DNA of 64,000 bases, from positions 301,500-365,499 of the forward strand of contig CAWIDS010000001.1 in NCBI GenBank assembly GCA_963834935.1, in the 5' to 3' direction. Numbering within the stretch: position 1 is the stretch's first letter; every line of letters begins with the position of its first letter. The stretch is from Candidatus Nomurabacteria bacterium. Lineage in GTDB: Bacteria; Patescibacteriota; Minisyncoccia; Phycocordibacterales; CALRBL01. The translations under genes and the position numbers were made by a program. Positions 9,564-19,601 of this stretch are shown in pieces. The notes beneath the pieces were generated by a model. The model was not told the DNA's origin and did not search any database. It saw nothing but the letters and a program-made list of their open reading frames with translations.

Positions 9564-9998
9564 TTAAAAATTCATAGTCTCTATTATGCGGGTATTCTCA
9601 TCCGCATGCTCGAACCGTATCGTCGGCAATGTCTCTGGAAGGATGTCGCCTCCCCTTTCCGGCCATTCGACGAATACGAGAGATTCTGGAGCGGAAATAG
9701 CCTCCTTGAAACGCAACGCTTTCAGCTCTTCAGGATTCTCGATGCGGTACAGGTCGATATGTATGAAGTTTTTCCAAAAGGAATGGGTGGTGACGTACGA
9801 TTTCTGTATGACGAACGTCGGGCTGTTTATCGTCTCAGTTACGCCTAATATATCGCCGACAGCTTTTGAAAAAGTGGTCTTTCCCGATCCCAGATCCCCG
9901 ACCAGCCTTACCAAGGTGATTTCCTTGTCCTCAAGCTCTTCGACAACAAGGCGGGCTATGATGCCGGTTTCTTCCAAGGACGGAGAGGTGTAAATCAT
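9564..9998 (-). CDS. tsaE: tRNA threonylcarbamoyladenosine ATPase TsaE
   Basis: GDLGSGKTT, SPTFVI, HIDLYR, VEWPE; true start ATG at 9998 (the track's upstream extension overlaps another gene). Confidence 0.92.
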   Translation of the reverse strand: MIYTSPSLEETGIIARLVVEELEDKEITLVRLVGDLGSGKTTFSKAVGDILGVTETINSPTFVIQKSYVTTHSFWKNFIHIDLYRIENPEELKALRFKEAISAPESLVFVEWPERGGDILPETLPTIRFEHADENTRIIETMNF

Positions 9999-10012
9999 GT
10001 GGCAATGATAAC

Positions 10013-10052
10013 AAAAAAGGAGCCCTATACGAAATGAATCGTAAGGGCTCCT
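10013..10052 (-). terminator. Intrinsic terminator of the 10076-11335 gene
   Basis: AGGAGCCCT..TACGA/TCGTA..AGGGCTCCT stem; T6 follows on the minus strand. Confidence 0.75.
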
Positions 10053-10075
10053 GGTTGAGGTTTGTTTGTTATCGT

Positions 10076-11335
10076 TTAGCGTTTTCCGCGACCGCCGCCA
10101 CCCGAACGCATTTGCATGCGAGGAGCGGAGGAAGTTGCGAAACGCTGTTGCTGGATCCGCGGCGCCTGTTGCGCTTGCGAACGGAACTGCTGGACCGGAC
10201 GCGACACTTGCTGCGTCGGACGGGACAGAGCCGAACGGGCGGTTGAGGTTTGGGAACCTGACGCCCTCGTCTGGCCTGAAACGCGATTCGACGATGCCGA
10301 CTGCGTGCGGGACAAGCGCTGGACCGGATGCGGAGCAGAGCTCTGCGTGGTCTTTGCCAGAGCTGACGTCGGCTGGACAGAAGGAAGTGTGGAAGCCGAA
10401 GCTGCCACTGATTTCCAACTAGTCAGCTTGGGCGTTGTTGCAGTCGCAAGCTGGCCGTTGGCATTGTATGCCGGGGCGGAACGTGCGACGTGACTCGACT
10501 TCTTGGCGATGGCTGTTGATGCCGTCACTGCCGATGCTGCAGGCGTTGCTGCTGCCGTCGAATTGCCTGACTCGACTACATTGCCGTTCGCATCATACAC
10601 CGGTTGTCCGGACGCATGGCTGATCGTGTTGGGATCAGGCGGCGGGCAGGGTGTAGGATTCGGGCACGGAGTCGGGTTGCATACGGGAGGCGGGGAATAA
10701 TGCGGCGGGCACGGAGCCTGCTGTACTACTCTCACCGTGGTCGTGACATTATTGACATTGACGATCCGCTCACTTTGCTGGCATTGACGCTGGCGCTCAG
10801 GTTGATAGTAAGGCTGATAGTAGCCAGAATCATAGTTTGAGTTCTGGCAACTTGCAACATCCTGCAAAATGTCGCCAGCCCATCCGATAACCACCCCGAA
10901 GTCATGACCCCAATCGATGCTCCTGTTTTGGACGCATGTATCGGTAGTCGCTACAGCCGTCTGCTCCTGGCCTTCATCGGCGGCGACGAGGCGATTGCCA
11001 CAATCGTAGCGATAACAGATGTTTCCCTGCGAGTCGGTGTAATAATACCCCGGCACCAGGTTAAAGCTGCTGACGGCGGCGCGCGGCGTGTTGCCGTACT
11101 CCTCCATCAGGTAACGCTTGCCGCAACGGGAATCGCTCTCGCTGACGTAAATCTTCACGTAGCCGAGCTCTTCGATGTGACGGCGGAGCTGACTGAGAGT
11201 GCGAAGGTGGCTATCGCCCGTGTTTTTTACGCACGGGATGCCGCCAAACGTATCTTGCTGTTCCGCCGACGAAGTCGAGATGAACCCGACGAGAACTGAA
11301 ACGAAAACAAACAAACTGACAATGTGCTTTTTCAT
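10076..11335 (-). CDS. Secreted orphan protein: Cys-containing N-domain, Pro/Cys repeats, long Ser/Thr/Gln/Arg low-complexity tail
   Basis: Signal peptide; CYRYDCGNR; CNPTPCPNPTPCPPP; SD-like AAGGA; own promoter and terminator. Confidence 0.7.
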   Translation of the reverse strand: MKKHIVSLFVFVSVLVGFISTSSAEQQDTFGGIPCVKNTGDSHLRTLSQLRRHIEELGYVKIYVSESDSRCGKRYLMEEYGNTPRAAVSSFNLVPGYYYTDSQGNICYRYDCGNRLVAADEGQEQTAVATTDTCVQNRSIDWGHDFGVVIGWAGDILQDVASCQNSNYDSGYYQPYYQPERQRQCQQSERIVNVNNVTTTVRVVQQAPCPPHYSPPPVCNPTPCPNPTPCPPPDPNTISHASGQPVYDANGNVVESGNSTAAATPAASAVTASTAIAKKSSHVARSAPAYNANGQLATATTPKLTSWKSVAASASTLPSVQPTSALAKTTQSSAPHPVQRLSRTQSASSNRVSGQTRASGSQTSTARSALSRPTQQVSRPVQQFRSQAQQAPRIQQQRFATSSAPRMQMRSGGGGRGKR

Positions 11336-11440
11336 GCTGACAATCCTTTCTTGGGACTTTGAGGTTCTACAGAATTTTTGTCCTTTTTGGCTGCCCTTTC
11401 CGCGTCTTGCGGGAGGGTGGCCTAATCTGGATATGCCTAT

Positions 11441-11469
11441 ATAATATCACCTTTTGTGAAAAAAGTCAA
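11441..11469 (-). promoter_or_regulatory. Sigma70 promoter for the 11335 gene
   Basis: TTGACT-17nt-TATTAT with TG extension, minus strand. Confidence 0.65.
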
Positions 11470-11515
11470 TGCCCTATAAATGGCTCATCTTGGCTATTTG
11501 GAGTACAATAGCGGC

Positions 11516-13192
11516 ATGGTTCATTTCGACGAAGACGAGCAGAATAGGCACCTCCGCGACCTCAGATTGCAGGAAGAGGAGGAGCTTGCCGAAATACTCT
11601 CAAAGAAATACGGCGTGGGGTATATAAACCTCGCCCGTTCCCCTATCAGCACCGACGCTCTCGGCCTCATACATGAAGAAGAGGCTAAGATGCATGGCGT
11701 TGCGGCTTTCGCTCTTGTCGGCAAGAAAGTAAGCGTCGGAACTCTCGCTCCTGAAGATGAAACGACGAAAGACATTGTTGCTTCTCTTTCAGGCAAAGGA
11801 TACATTCCGACTCTCTATCTGGTTTCTCATGCCAGTCTCGAAAAAGCCTGGTCTCGTTACTCAGACATCACTGCTTCGAACAAAAGCAAGAAAGGTGCGC
11901 TTGATATTTCCACCGAAGAGATCGAGCAATTCCTGAAAGAGAACGAGAAGATGAGCGATGTCCGTGCCCGAATCAATGATGCGATCGTCCTTCAGACTTC
12001 GTACCGCATTTCCCGCATCCTTGTGGTCATCCTTGCCGGCGCGCTCTCATTGAAATCTTCCGACGTGCACATCGAGCCTGAAGAAAAGGAAGCGCGGGTG
12101 CGTTTTCGTCTCGACGGCGTGCTTACCGAAGTGGCTTCGTTCAACAACAGCACCTATTCCCTCCTGCTCTCGCGACTGAAGCTGCTTTCGAATCTCAAAT
12201 TGAATATAAAAGAAAACGCGCAAGACGGGCGTTTCAGCATCCATATCGAAGATGATGATATCGAGATCCGTACCTCTACCATTCCGGGCGCTTATGGCGA
12301 ATCAATCGTCATGCGTATCCTCAATCCGAAATCCTTGAATGTCTCGCTCGAGGAAATGGGAATTCCCGAACATCTTTATGAGACCTTGATGAAGGAAATC
12401 CAGAAGCCCAACGGAATGATCCTGACCACAGGACCAACAGGATCCGGAAAGACTACCACTTTGTATTCCTTCATGAAGAAAGTGATGAGCAGCGAAATAA
12501 AGATAATCACCATCGAAGATCCTATCGAATATCACCTTGCTGGAGTGACGCAGACCCAAGTGGAAGTAAAAAAAGGGTATACCTTCGCCAATGGGCTGCG
12601 TTCGGCCCTCCGTCAAGATCCTGATGTGATAATGGTTGGAGAGATCCGAGACAAGGAGACGGCAGAAATCGCCATCAACTCGGCACTTACCGGCCACTTA
12701 GTGTTTTCGACGCTCCACACCAACAATGCCGCCGGCGCTTATACCAGACTCGTCGACCTCGGCATGAATCCGAAGATTATTCCCTCAGCCTTGAATGTGG
12801 CCATCGCTCAGCGTCTCGTCAGGCGCCTCTGCAAGCAATGCGTAAAGAAAGTGCCTTTAGTTGGAGATGAGCTATCTCGGGTAAAACCCATCTTCGACAG
12901 GATAAAGGAAAGAGGCTTGCTCCAGGAAGATCTGGATATTTCCTCGCACTATCAAGCAGGGGGTTGTGAAAGTTGTCACATGACCGGATACAAAGGCCGG
13001 GTCGGCGTCTTCGAGGCAATATTCAAAAGCGAAGCGGTGGAGAATGTGGTGCGAGACAATCCAAGCGAGCGAGATATTCAGAAGGCAGCTCTCGGCCAAG
13101 GGTTCATGACTTTGGCGGAAGATGGCGTCGTAAAAATCCTTAAAGGAATAACTTCTATAGAAGAGTTGGAACGGGTAGTGGAACTGATTTAA
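11516..13192 (+). CDS. pilB: Type IV pilus assembly ATPase PilB (GspE/PulE family)
   Basis: SDVHIEP, QDGRF, GPTGSGKTT, IEDPIEY, LRQDPDVIMVGEIRD, TGHLVFSTLH, CKQC/CESC; ATG 11516 lies 6 nt after TACAAT. Confidence 0.9.
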   Translation: MVHFDEDEQNRHLRDLRLQEEEELAEILSKKYGVGYINLARSPISTDALGLIHEEEAKMHGVAAFALVGKKVSVGTLAPEDETTKDIVASLSGKGYIPTLYLVSHASLEKAWSRYSDITASNKSKKGALDISTEEIEQFLKENEKMSDVRARINDAIVLQTSYRISRILVVILAGALSLKSSDVHIEPEEKEARVRFRLDGVLTEVASFNNSTYSLLLSRLKLLSNLKLNIKENAQDGRFSIHIEDDDIEIRTSTIPGAYGESIVMRILNPKSLNVSLEEMGIPEHLYETLMKEIQKPNGMILTTGPTGSGKTTTLYSFMKKVMSSEIKIITIEDPIEYHLAGVTQTQVEVKKGYTFANGLRSALRQDPDVIMVGEIRDKETAEIAINSALTGHLVFSTLHTNNAAGAYTRLVDLGMNPKIIPSALNVAIAQRLVRRLCKQCVKKVPLVGDELSRVKPIFDRIKERGLLQEDLDISSHYQAGGCESCHMTGYKGRVGVFEAIFKSEAVENVVRDNPSERDIQKAALGQGFMTLAEDGVVKILKGITSIEELERVVELI

Positions 13193-13664
13193 GCCCACAT
13201 GCGAAGCCAGTAAGGGCGATAGCGATGGCGTCGAACTCATCATCATGCTTGATTTCCCTTTCTATCAGCACCAGTTTCCTCACCATGTCGGTCACTTGCC
13301 TCTTATCTCCCTTTCCATATCCAGAAACGGCGCTCTTCACTTGAAGAGGAGTGTATTCTCCTACCGACATTCCCTTTTTCATGGCTTCATAAAGAAGTAC
13401 TCCTCGCACCTCCGCCACCATCATGGCGGTTTTCTGGTTGTTGGTAAAAAAAAGAGTCTCAATCGAAAGGCATTCAGGAGAATAGATATTGATTATGCGT
13501 TCGACTTCCTTGCCAATCAGAAGCAATCTTTCAGGAAAAGGAATCTTAGCGGAAGTCTTGAAGCAATCTGAATAGACCACCTTCTCTTTCCTGTCTCCTT
13601 GTTTTTTTGAAAGCACGGCAATGCCAAGCCTTTCGTAGCCAGGGTCGATTCCTAAAATTATCAT
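13155..13664 (-). CDS. ruvC: Holliday junction resolvase RuvC
   Basis: ILGIDPG, IETLFF, YTPLQVK, DDEFDAIAIA. Confidence 0.95.
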   Translation of the reverse strand: MIILGIDPGYERLGIAVLSKKQGDRKEKVVYSDCFKTSAKIPFPERLLLIGKEVERIINIYSPECLSIETLFFTNNQKTAMMVAEVRGVLLYEAMKKGMSVGEYTPLQVKSAVSGYGKGDKRQVTDMVRKLVLIEREIKHDDEFDAIAIALTGFACGLKSVPLPVPTLL

Positions 13665-13680
13665 CTGCCTATTTTAGCAC

Positions 13681-14211
13681 TTAATCGGCGTTGGTATAGA
13701 CGTTCTGCACCTCGTCATTCTCTTCGAGCTCGTCCACAAGCGAGCCGAGTGTTTCGAGATCCGTGTCGGAGAGTTCAATAGTGGATTTCGGATGCCAAGC
13801 GCCTTCTTTTTTCTCGAAGGCCCAAAGCACGCTGCCAATTCCAGCAAGGGTAAAGCCGCTCTTTGAGAGAATATGTTTTATTTCAGCGGCGGCTTTGTTC
13901 CTGTTGCCCGTCATCGCTTCGATGATCACCGCTACTCCGCCTGGGCCATAGCTTTCATAGATGATGGTCTCCAATTCTTTTTCGTCAGATAAGCTTCCTT
14001 TCTTGATAGCGCGCTCGATATTGTCAGATGGCATATTCACCTCCCTTGCCTGCTTGATGGCGAATTGCAGATTGGCGGCATTCCTGTCTCCGCCAGCTTT
14101 TTTCGACTCGACGGAAATAAGCCGGGCAAGCTTGGTGAATATTTTGCTCTTCTTGGCGTCAGTGGCCTCCTTCTGCCTTTTTATCTTTGACCACTTATTG
14201 TGTCCGGACAT
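13681..14211 (-). CDS. yebC: YebC/PmpR (TACO1) family protein, short form
   Basis: [30 protein letters not shown]. Confidence 0.92.
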   Translation of the reverse strand: MSGHNKWSKIKRQKEATDAKKSKIFTKLARLISVESKKAGGDRNAANLQFAIKQAREVNMPSDNIERAIKKGSLSDEKELETIIYESYGPGGVAVIIEAMTGNRNKAAAEIKHILSKSGFTLAGIGSVLWAFEKKEGAWHPKSTIELSDTDLETLGSLVDELEENDEVQNVYTNAD

Positions 14212-15190
14212 GATGTTTTCCTAGATGCTTATAACCCCTTTCAGTCACTTCGCGGCCACGAGGCGTACGTTCGAGAAATCCAATCTGGAGAAGATAAGGT
14301 TCATTGAATTCTTCTATTGTCGCAGATTCTTCGCCAAGCGAAGCGGCAATGGTATTTATTCCTACCGGGCCGCCATTGAATTTGTCGATGATAGTGAGAA
14401 GAATGGCCCGATCAGCGGCTGTCATACCCATATCGTCGATTTGAAGGAGTGTTAACGATTCGTCTACCACTTCCTTGCTTAGAGGAATCTTTTTCACTTG
14501 GGCAAAATCGCGCGACCGTTTGAGGAGATAGTTCGCGGTGCGGGGTGTGCGGCGGCTTCGTTTGGCGATTTCTTCAAGAGCAGTGTCTTCTATGTCGACA
14601 CCAAGGATGCGTGCCGACCTTTTGACGATCTCTTTTATTTCTTCTTCCGAATAGAATTCCAAGCGGAATACCCCTCCTGAAAAGCGGGAACGGAGTGGTG
14701 ATGAGATGAGGGCGATCCGCGTGGTGGCAGCAATCAAAGTGAAGGCTGGAAGCTCGAGTTGGATGCTCCTTGCAGACGGTCCTTTTCCTATGATAATATC
14801 GAGAACCCCTGATTCCATAGCTGGGTAAAGGACTTCTTCGATCGATTTGTTCAGGCGGTGGATCTCATCAATGAAGAGGATGTCTCCAGGAGACAGATTG
14901 GTAAGAAGAGAGGCAAGATCACCTACCCGTTCGATAGCAGGGCCTGAGGTGATCTTTATAGCTGCTCCAGTCTCTTTTGAAATTAGATGAGCGAGAGTGG
15001 TCTTTCCAAGTCCAGGCGGACCGTAGAAAAGGATATGCTCGGGTGGATGCGCCCTTTCCTTGGCTGCGGTCAGCAATATATGCAGATTTTGCTTAATATT
15101 TTTCTGTCCCACGTATTCTTCCCATTTCTCAGGACGGAGCGTGTGGTCAAGGTGTATTTCGTCTTTAAGAGGTGGTGTGTTGACAGACAT
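14195..15190 (-). CDS. ruvB: Holliday junction helicase RuvB
   Basis: [41 protein letters not shown]. Confidence 0.97.
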   Translation of the reverse strand: MSVNTPPLKDEIHLDHTLRPEKWEEYVGQKNIKQNLHILLTAAKERAHPPEHILFYGPPGLGKTTLAHLISKETGAAIKITSGPAIERVGDLASLLTNLSPGDILFIDEIHRLNKSIEEVLYPAMESGVLDIIIGKGPSARSIQLELPAFTLIAATTRIALISSPLRSRFSGGVFRLEFYSEEEIKEIVKRSARILGVDIEDTALEEIAKRSRRTPRTANYLLKRSRDFAQVKKIPLSKEVVDESLTLLQIDDMGMTAADRAILLTIIDKFNGGPVGINTIAASLGEESATIEEFNEPYLLQIGFLERTPRGREVTERGYKHLGKHHVRTQ

Positions 15191-15208
15191 ACTCTTTTGT
15201 GCTAAGAT
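15180..15208 (+). promoter_or_regulatory. Near-consensus sigma70 promoter overlapping the ruvB start codon, firing into the intergenic region
   Basis: TTGACA (15180-85)-17nt-TAAGAT (15203-08) with TG extension. Confidence 0.75.
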
Positions 15209-15214
15209 AGTAGC

Positions 15215-15460
15215 GAAAGGGTGGTAACTTACATTCTACAAATTTCTCTCTCGACACGATAAATCTCTAAGCAATTATATTGCCTCGGCAATGTATTGGT
15301 GTTTTTTGAAGGACATTCTGGTTAATACCTTGTGTATTCTGCTGGGGTTATCCTGAAAACCGCATCTCACTTTTTAATCACATTAAAAGCATTGCTTAGA
15401 GATTTATATTGTCGATAGTAGGTGCTCCTGACTGAAGCATATTCTTATAAAACCACCCCG
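15215..15460 (+). ncRNA. Candidate structured non-coding RNA, about 245 nt (6S-like or novel)
   Basis: Closing stem GGGTGGT/ACCACCC; perfect 17-bp helix 15259-75/15391-407 extended by TCGACA/TGTCGA; internal hairpins; upstream promoter; no ORF of 60 aa or more. Confidence 0.55.
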
Positions 15461-15548
15461 TCAATTGACAGCGGGCTCTATTCCCTTGCACAAAAAATAT
15501 CTTATGATACAAATAATAAAAAATTAATTTTTATTATTCAAAAAACGT

Positions 15549-15758
15549 ATGATTGATGAATTCGATAAGGATGAAGACAAGGAAGCCGAGGAAGAATTTG
15601 ATCCTGCAAAGATAAAGGAAATACTGTCGGAAGACCCGCTTGACGAGCCTGACACTTTGGATGAATTTGAAAGCGATATGCCTGTTACCGATGAAGAGGA
15701 AGAAGGGGGTTATAGCTTATATTCCGGCGAGGAAGACATTAGTCAATTCTCATACTAA
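15549..15758 (+). CDS. Small, extremely acidic protein
   Basis: 69 aa dominated by Asp/Glu, with an aromatic C-terminal tail. Confidence 0.65.
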   Translation: MIDEFDKDEDKEAEEEFDPAKIKEILSEDPLDEPDTLDEFESDMPVTDEEEEGGYSLYSGEEDISQFSY

Positions 15759-15787
15759 AGGCTCTCATTCTGTGGTAATATAACGTG

Positions 15788-17992
15788 ATGAACTTTCGGA
15801 AAGTGGTCAAACAAGAGCTTTCATACCTAGCTAAGCTTCCGCTTCGTTTCTATAATTATCTTTTAAGGGAAAAAGGTCTTATAAAGAACATGATTATCGT
15901 GTTGATGATCGTGTTCATTATCTGCGGTGGAATATTCATCTTGTGGGCAGCAAACTTGAAGACTCCGGATTTGAATTCGTTTGATTCGCGTCTAGCGGGA
16001 GTATCAACCAAGATTTACGATCGGACTGGAACCGTCCTCTTGTATGACGTCAACCAGCAAGTGAGGAGGACGGTCGTTCCCTTCGATGCTATCTCTCCTT
16101 ATCTTAAGGATGCTACCATTTCCATCGAGGATGAAGGTTTCTATAAGCATGACGGCATCCAAATAACTTCTATTATAAGAGCATTTTTCATTGACCTAGC
16201 CACTTTGCGCTTTGATCAAGGTGGATCGACCATCACTCAGCAGGTTATCAAGAACTCTCTTCTTACTTCCGACAAGACCATTTCGCGAAAACTGAAGGAG
16301 TGGGTGCTTGCTATAAAGCTTGAGCGCACCGCAAGTAAGGATTTCATCCTTAACCTTTATTTGAATCAGACTCCTTATGGAGGAAATATTTATGGAGTTG
16401 AGGAAGCAAGCAAAGCTTTCTTCGGAAAAAGCTCTGCTGACGTGGATATTGCCGAGGCAGCTTATATTGCCGCTGTCGCCCAGGCTCCAACCTACTATTC
16501 TCCATTCGGAAGCCATGTCGCTGATCTAGAACAAAGAAAGAATCTCGTGCTTAAAAAGATGTATTCGAATGGATATATAACAGAAGACCAGTATACGAGC
16601 GCAAAAAATGAAAAAGTTCAGTTCGAGCCTAAGGCTACCTCTTCGCTCAAGGCTCCCCACTTCGTGATGTTTATCTTGGACTATCTGGATAAGAAATATG
16701 GCGAGGATGCTGTCGATAGCGGAGGTTTGAAAGTAATAACTACTCTTGATTATAATATGGAATCGCAAGCTGAAGATATAGTTAAGAATTACGTGGAAAC
16801 GAATCAAAAGAAATTAGGGGCAGAAAATGGCGCTTTGGTAGCTATCGACCCCAAGAGCGGACAAATCCTTACTATGGTAGGTTCCCGCGACTATTTCGAT
16901 AATACGATTCAAGGAAACTTCAATGTGGCTACTGCGCACCGCCAGCCAGGATCTTCTTTCAAGATATTCACTTATGCCACCGCATTCAACGAAGGATATA
17001 CTCCTGATACCATCCTATTTGATACCAAAACGGAATTCAATACCTCTTGCAGCCCTGACGGAATTCCCCTTTCTTCAAACGTTACCTGTTATCACCCCAC
17101 CAACTACGAAGGGGGATATAAAGGCCCGATGACCATGCGCCAAGCATTAGCACAATCGCGAAACATCCCAGCAGTAAAAACCCTCTACCTAGCCGGAATA
17201 GAACAAACACTTGATACAGCAAAAGCTTTCGGTATACAGGGATTAGGTGAAGCTAATGATTATGGTTTGTCTCTTACCTTAGGAAGCGCGGAGGTGTCTT
17301 TACTCGATATGACAAGCGCTTATGGAACTTTTGGAAATAATGGATATCGAAACCCTTATACGGGAATCCTGAGCGTTCAAGACAAAAATGGAAATACCCT
17401 TGAACAATTTGCCACATCTACTCAGCAGGTCTACCCATTGCAGCCCGTGCTTGAAATCAATGATGTCCTTTCGGATGCTGTAGCTCGAAATGCCATATTT
17501 AAACTTAATTACATACAAGGAAGGAAAGTTGCATTGAAGACTGGTACAACAAACGACTCTCGCGATGCTTGGATAATCGGCTACACACCGAATATATCCG
17601 TCGGAGTATGGATGGGTAATAATGACAACCATCCTATGGCACAGATAGCCTCTGCGTTGATCGTAGGGCCTTTGTGGCAGCAATTCATGAACGATGTAGC
17701 TCTCAAGAACCTTCCTGTCGAGAACTTTACACCACCCCAACCTGTTGACCAGACCATAAAGCCGGTCTTGAGAGGAGTGCTGGATACGACAAACTTGCAC
17801 GATATCCTTTATTATGTGAATAGAGATGATCCTTTGGGCCCAGTTCCAACAAATCCGACAGATGATCCTGAATACGTCAATTGGGAATATGGCGTGCAGA
17901 ATTGGGCGGCCTCAAATGGATATAATATTACTCCTCCATACGTTCCCCCTTCTGCATCCGTTTCTACTACAACAAGCACGACGACTTATTAG
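15788..17992 (+). CDS. Class A penicillin-binding protein (PBP1A family)
   Basis: EDEGFYKHDG, GGSTITQQ, RKLKE, PGSSFK (SxxK), SRN, KTGT. Confidence 0.93.
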   Translation: MNFRKVVKQELSYLAKLPLRFYNYLLREKGLIKNMIIVLMIVFIICGGIFILWAANLKTPDLNSFDSRLAGVSTKIYDRTGTVLLYDVNQQVRRTVVPFDAISPYLKDATISIEDEGFYKHDGIQITSIIRAFFIDLATLRFDQGGSTITQQVIKNSLLTSDKTISRKLKEWVLAIKLERTASKDFILNLYLNQTPYGGNIYGVEEASKAFFGKSSADVDIAEAAYIAAVAQAPTYYSPFGSHVADLEQRKNLVLKKMYSNGYITEDQYTSAKNEKVQFEPKATSSLKAPHFVMFILDYLDKKYGEDAVDSGGLKVITTLDYNMESQAEDIVKNYVETNQKKLGAENGALVAIDPKSGQILTMVGSRDYFDNTIQGNFNVATAHRQPGSSFKIFTYATAFNEGYTPDTILFDTKTEFNTSCSPDGIPLSSNVTCYHPTNYEGGYKGPMTMRQALAQSRNIPAVKTLYLAGIEQTLDTAKAFGIQGLGEANDYGLSLTLGSAEVSLLDMTSAYGTFGNNGYRNPYTGILSVQDKNGNTLEQFATSTQQVYPLQPVLEINDVLSDAVARNAIFKLNYIQGRKVALKTGTTNDSRDAWIIGYTPNISVGVWMGNNDNHPMAQIASALIVGPLWQQFMNDVALKNLPVENFTPPQPVDQTIKPVLRGVLDTTNLHDILYYVNRDDPLGPVPTNPTDDPEYVNWEYGVQNWAASNGYNITPPYVPPSASVSTTTSTTTY

Positions 17993-18243
17993 GAGATATC
18001 TATCACTCGGCTTTCAGGAAGCTCTTTCTGTATCCTTTGTATAATAATCTCTTTTTTCATATATATGCTGTTTTTGATGATAGAGCTTACGGAAAAGATT
18101 ATCCTTCCTTTAGAAAAGGTGACATTTTCTTCAGACAAAGGAAATCCCAACTCTTCAGAAACTATTTTTTTTATTGAAAAAATAAGATCGTTAGGATTTT
18201 TTAAATCTTTGAATTTCTCAAGATAGATGGAGAGATTGAACAT
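17989..18243 (-). CDS. Probable DciA (DUF721)-like helicase loader, short form
   Basis: 84 aa immediately after dnaN; VSS..KNSIYMKKEIII..I pattern resembles the DciA KH-like core. Confidence 0.5.
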   Translation of the reverse strand: MFNLSIYLEKFKDLKNPNDLIFSIKKIVSEELGFPLSEENVTFSKGRIIFSVSSIIKNSIYMKKEIIIQRIQKELPESRVIDIS

Positions 18244-18261
18244 CTTCTTATTTATTCCGAA

Positions 18262-19365
18262 CTACTTATTCATAGGCATGACAAGGTAAAAAAAGCTTTT
18301 ATTCCCGACTCCTTTTATGATAAGGGGTTTATTCAAGCCATCAAAAAGCAAGGAAACACTGTCGGAATCTATGGATTGGAAGCAATCAAAAATATTCTTG
18401 TAGTTGAAGCTTATTTGCAAATCTTCTCCCTCAAGAGATCCTGAAAGGAGGGTAACATTCTCACCAACATCGGTATTTTTGGTCTTTATTTCCATTTTCT
18501 TGTAAGTAGGGGAAACGGAAACCACCACCCTATTGAACGAATCTGAAAAAACATGAGCTAGTTTGAGTGCGTTGAGAAAATCTTGTTTCAATACCACTGC
18601 TTCAGTCTTTGATTCCTTGGGAATAATCTGCTTATATGAAGGGAAATTACCCTCAACTACCCTTGAAATGAGATAGAAATCATCAGAAGTGAAGGAAATC
18701 TGGTTTTTATCCAGACAAACCTTTATTTCCTCATCTTTTTCCTCAAGAATGCGGCAGATATCGGAAATATTCTTAGAAGGGATTAATATTTGATCAAAAT
18801 CAAGCTTTTCTTTAGTTTCTATCTTTTTTTCAGCAAGACGGAAGGAGTCAGTAGCTACAAAAACAAGGTTCTTGTCCTCGGGATAAATATAAACACTTGA
18901 AAGCTCGGGTTTGATTGTTGATATAGAGGCACAATAAGCGACAGAACGGAGCCCTTTGCAAAAGTCCTTGGAATTGATAGAAAACTCCTTACCGGCGTTT
19001 ATACGAGGTATGAGGGGAAACTCTTCAGAGGCTTGCAGCTTGATAGAAGATGATGATTTGTCGGACGAAACCATTAAAAGATCGTCTTTTCTTTCAAATT
19101 TAAGGCTCTTTTCCTTATCAAGGTTTGAAACGAAATTGCCTAAAGTCTGAGCAAGGACCACGGCCACACCCTCCTTTTCCAATTTTACAGGTATGGATAT
19201 CTCTATTCCTAGATCAAGGTTGGTTGATTTGATGATAAGTGAAGAATCCTTACCTTCCAAATAGACGCATTTCAGAATCTGATTAGATATAGAGCCCTTT
19301 CCTGCTATTTTTTCAGCTTTGGAAAAGGCTTGAGAGAAGCGATCTTTAACTGATTCGAATTTCAT
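18262..19365 (-). CDS. dnaN: DNA polymerase III beta sliding clamp
   Basis: STNLDLGI, VATDSFRLA, GNFPSY, YLVMPM; 367 aa; follows dnaA. Confidence 0.97.
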   Translation of the reverse strand: MKFESVKDRFSQAFSKAEKIAGKGSISNQILKCVYLEGKDSSLIIKSTNLDLGIEISIPVKLEKEGVAVVLAQTLGNFVSNLDKEKSLKFERKDDLLMVSSDKSSSSIKLQASEEFPLIPRINAGKEFSINSKDFCKGLRSVAYCASISTIKPELSSVYIYPEDKNLVFVATDSFRLAEKKIETKEKLDFDQILIPSKNISDICRILEEKDEEIKVCLDKNQISFTSDDFYLISRVVEGNFPSYKQIIPKESKTEAVVLKQDFLNALKLAHVFSDSFNRVVVSVSPTYKKMEIKTKNTDVGENVTLLSGSLEGEDLQISFNYKNIFDCFQSIDSDSVSLLFDGLNKPLIIKGVGNKSFFYLVMPMNK

Positions 19366-19601
19366 AGACGGAGTATACTATTAATAATTTTTTTTTGCTA
19401 TATAAAAGAGATATTTAATACTTAGGAATGTGGATAGGTGGAAAATTCATTTTATGCTTAAGAAATAAAGATTAAATAAAGTTTTATTGAATTATTCCTA
19501 TGGAAAAAATGTGGAGTAAAAAGAATAACTTTCAAATAAGGTCTGATAAGTGAAAAGTTATTCACACAACTAACAATTCATCCACACCTTTTACACAGTT
19601 T
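19366..19601. other. Replication origin oriC (dnaA-dnaN intergenic region)
   Basis: AT-rich, with DnaA-box-like sites TGTGGATAG (19429-37), TTATTCACA (19558-66), TCATCCACA (19578-86), TTTTACACA (19589-97). Confidence 0.8.

Noticed and set aside
9999-10418. Long N-terminal extension of TsaE in the ORF track
   Set aside because: It overlaps the 10076-11335 gene and a terminator; ATG 9998 has a -10 box 6 nt upstream
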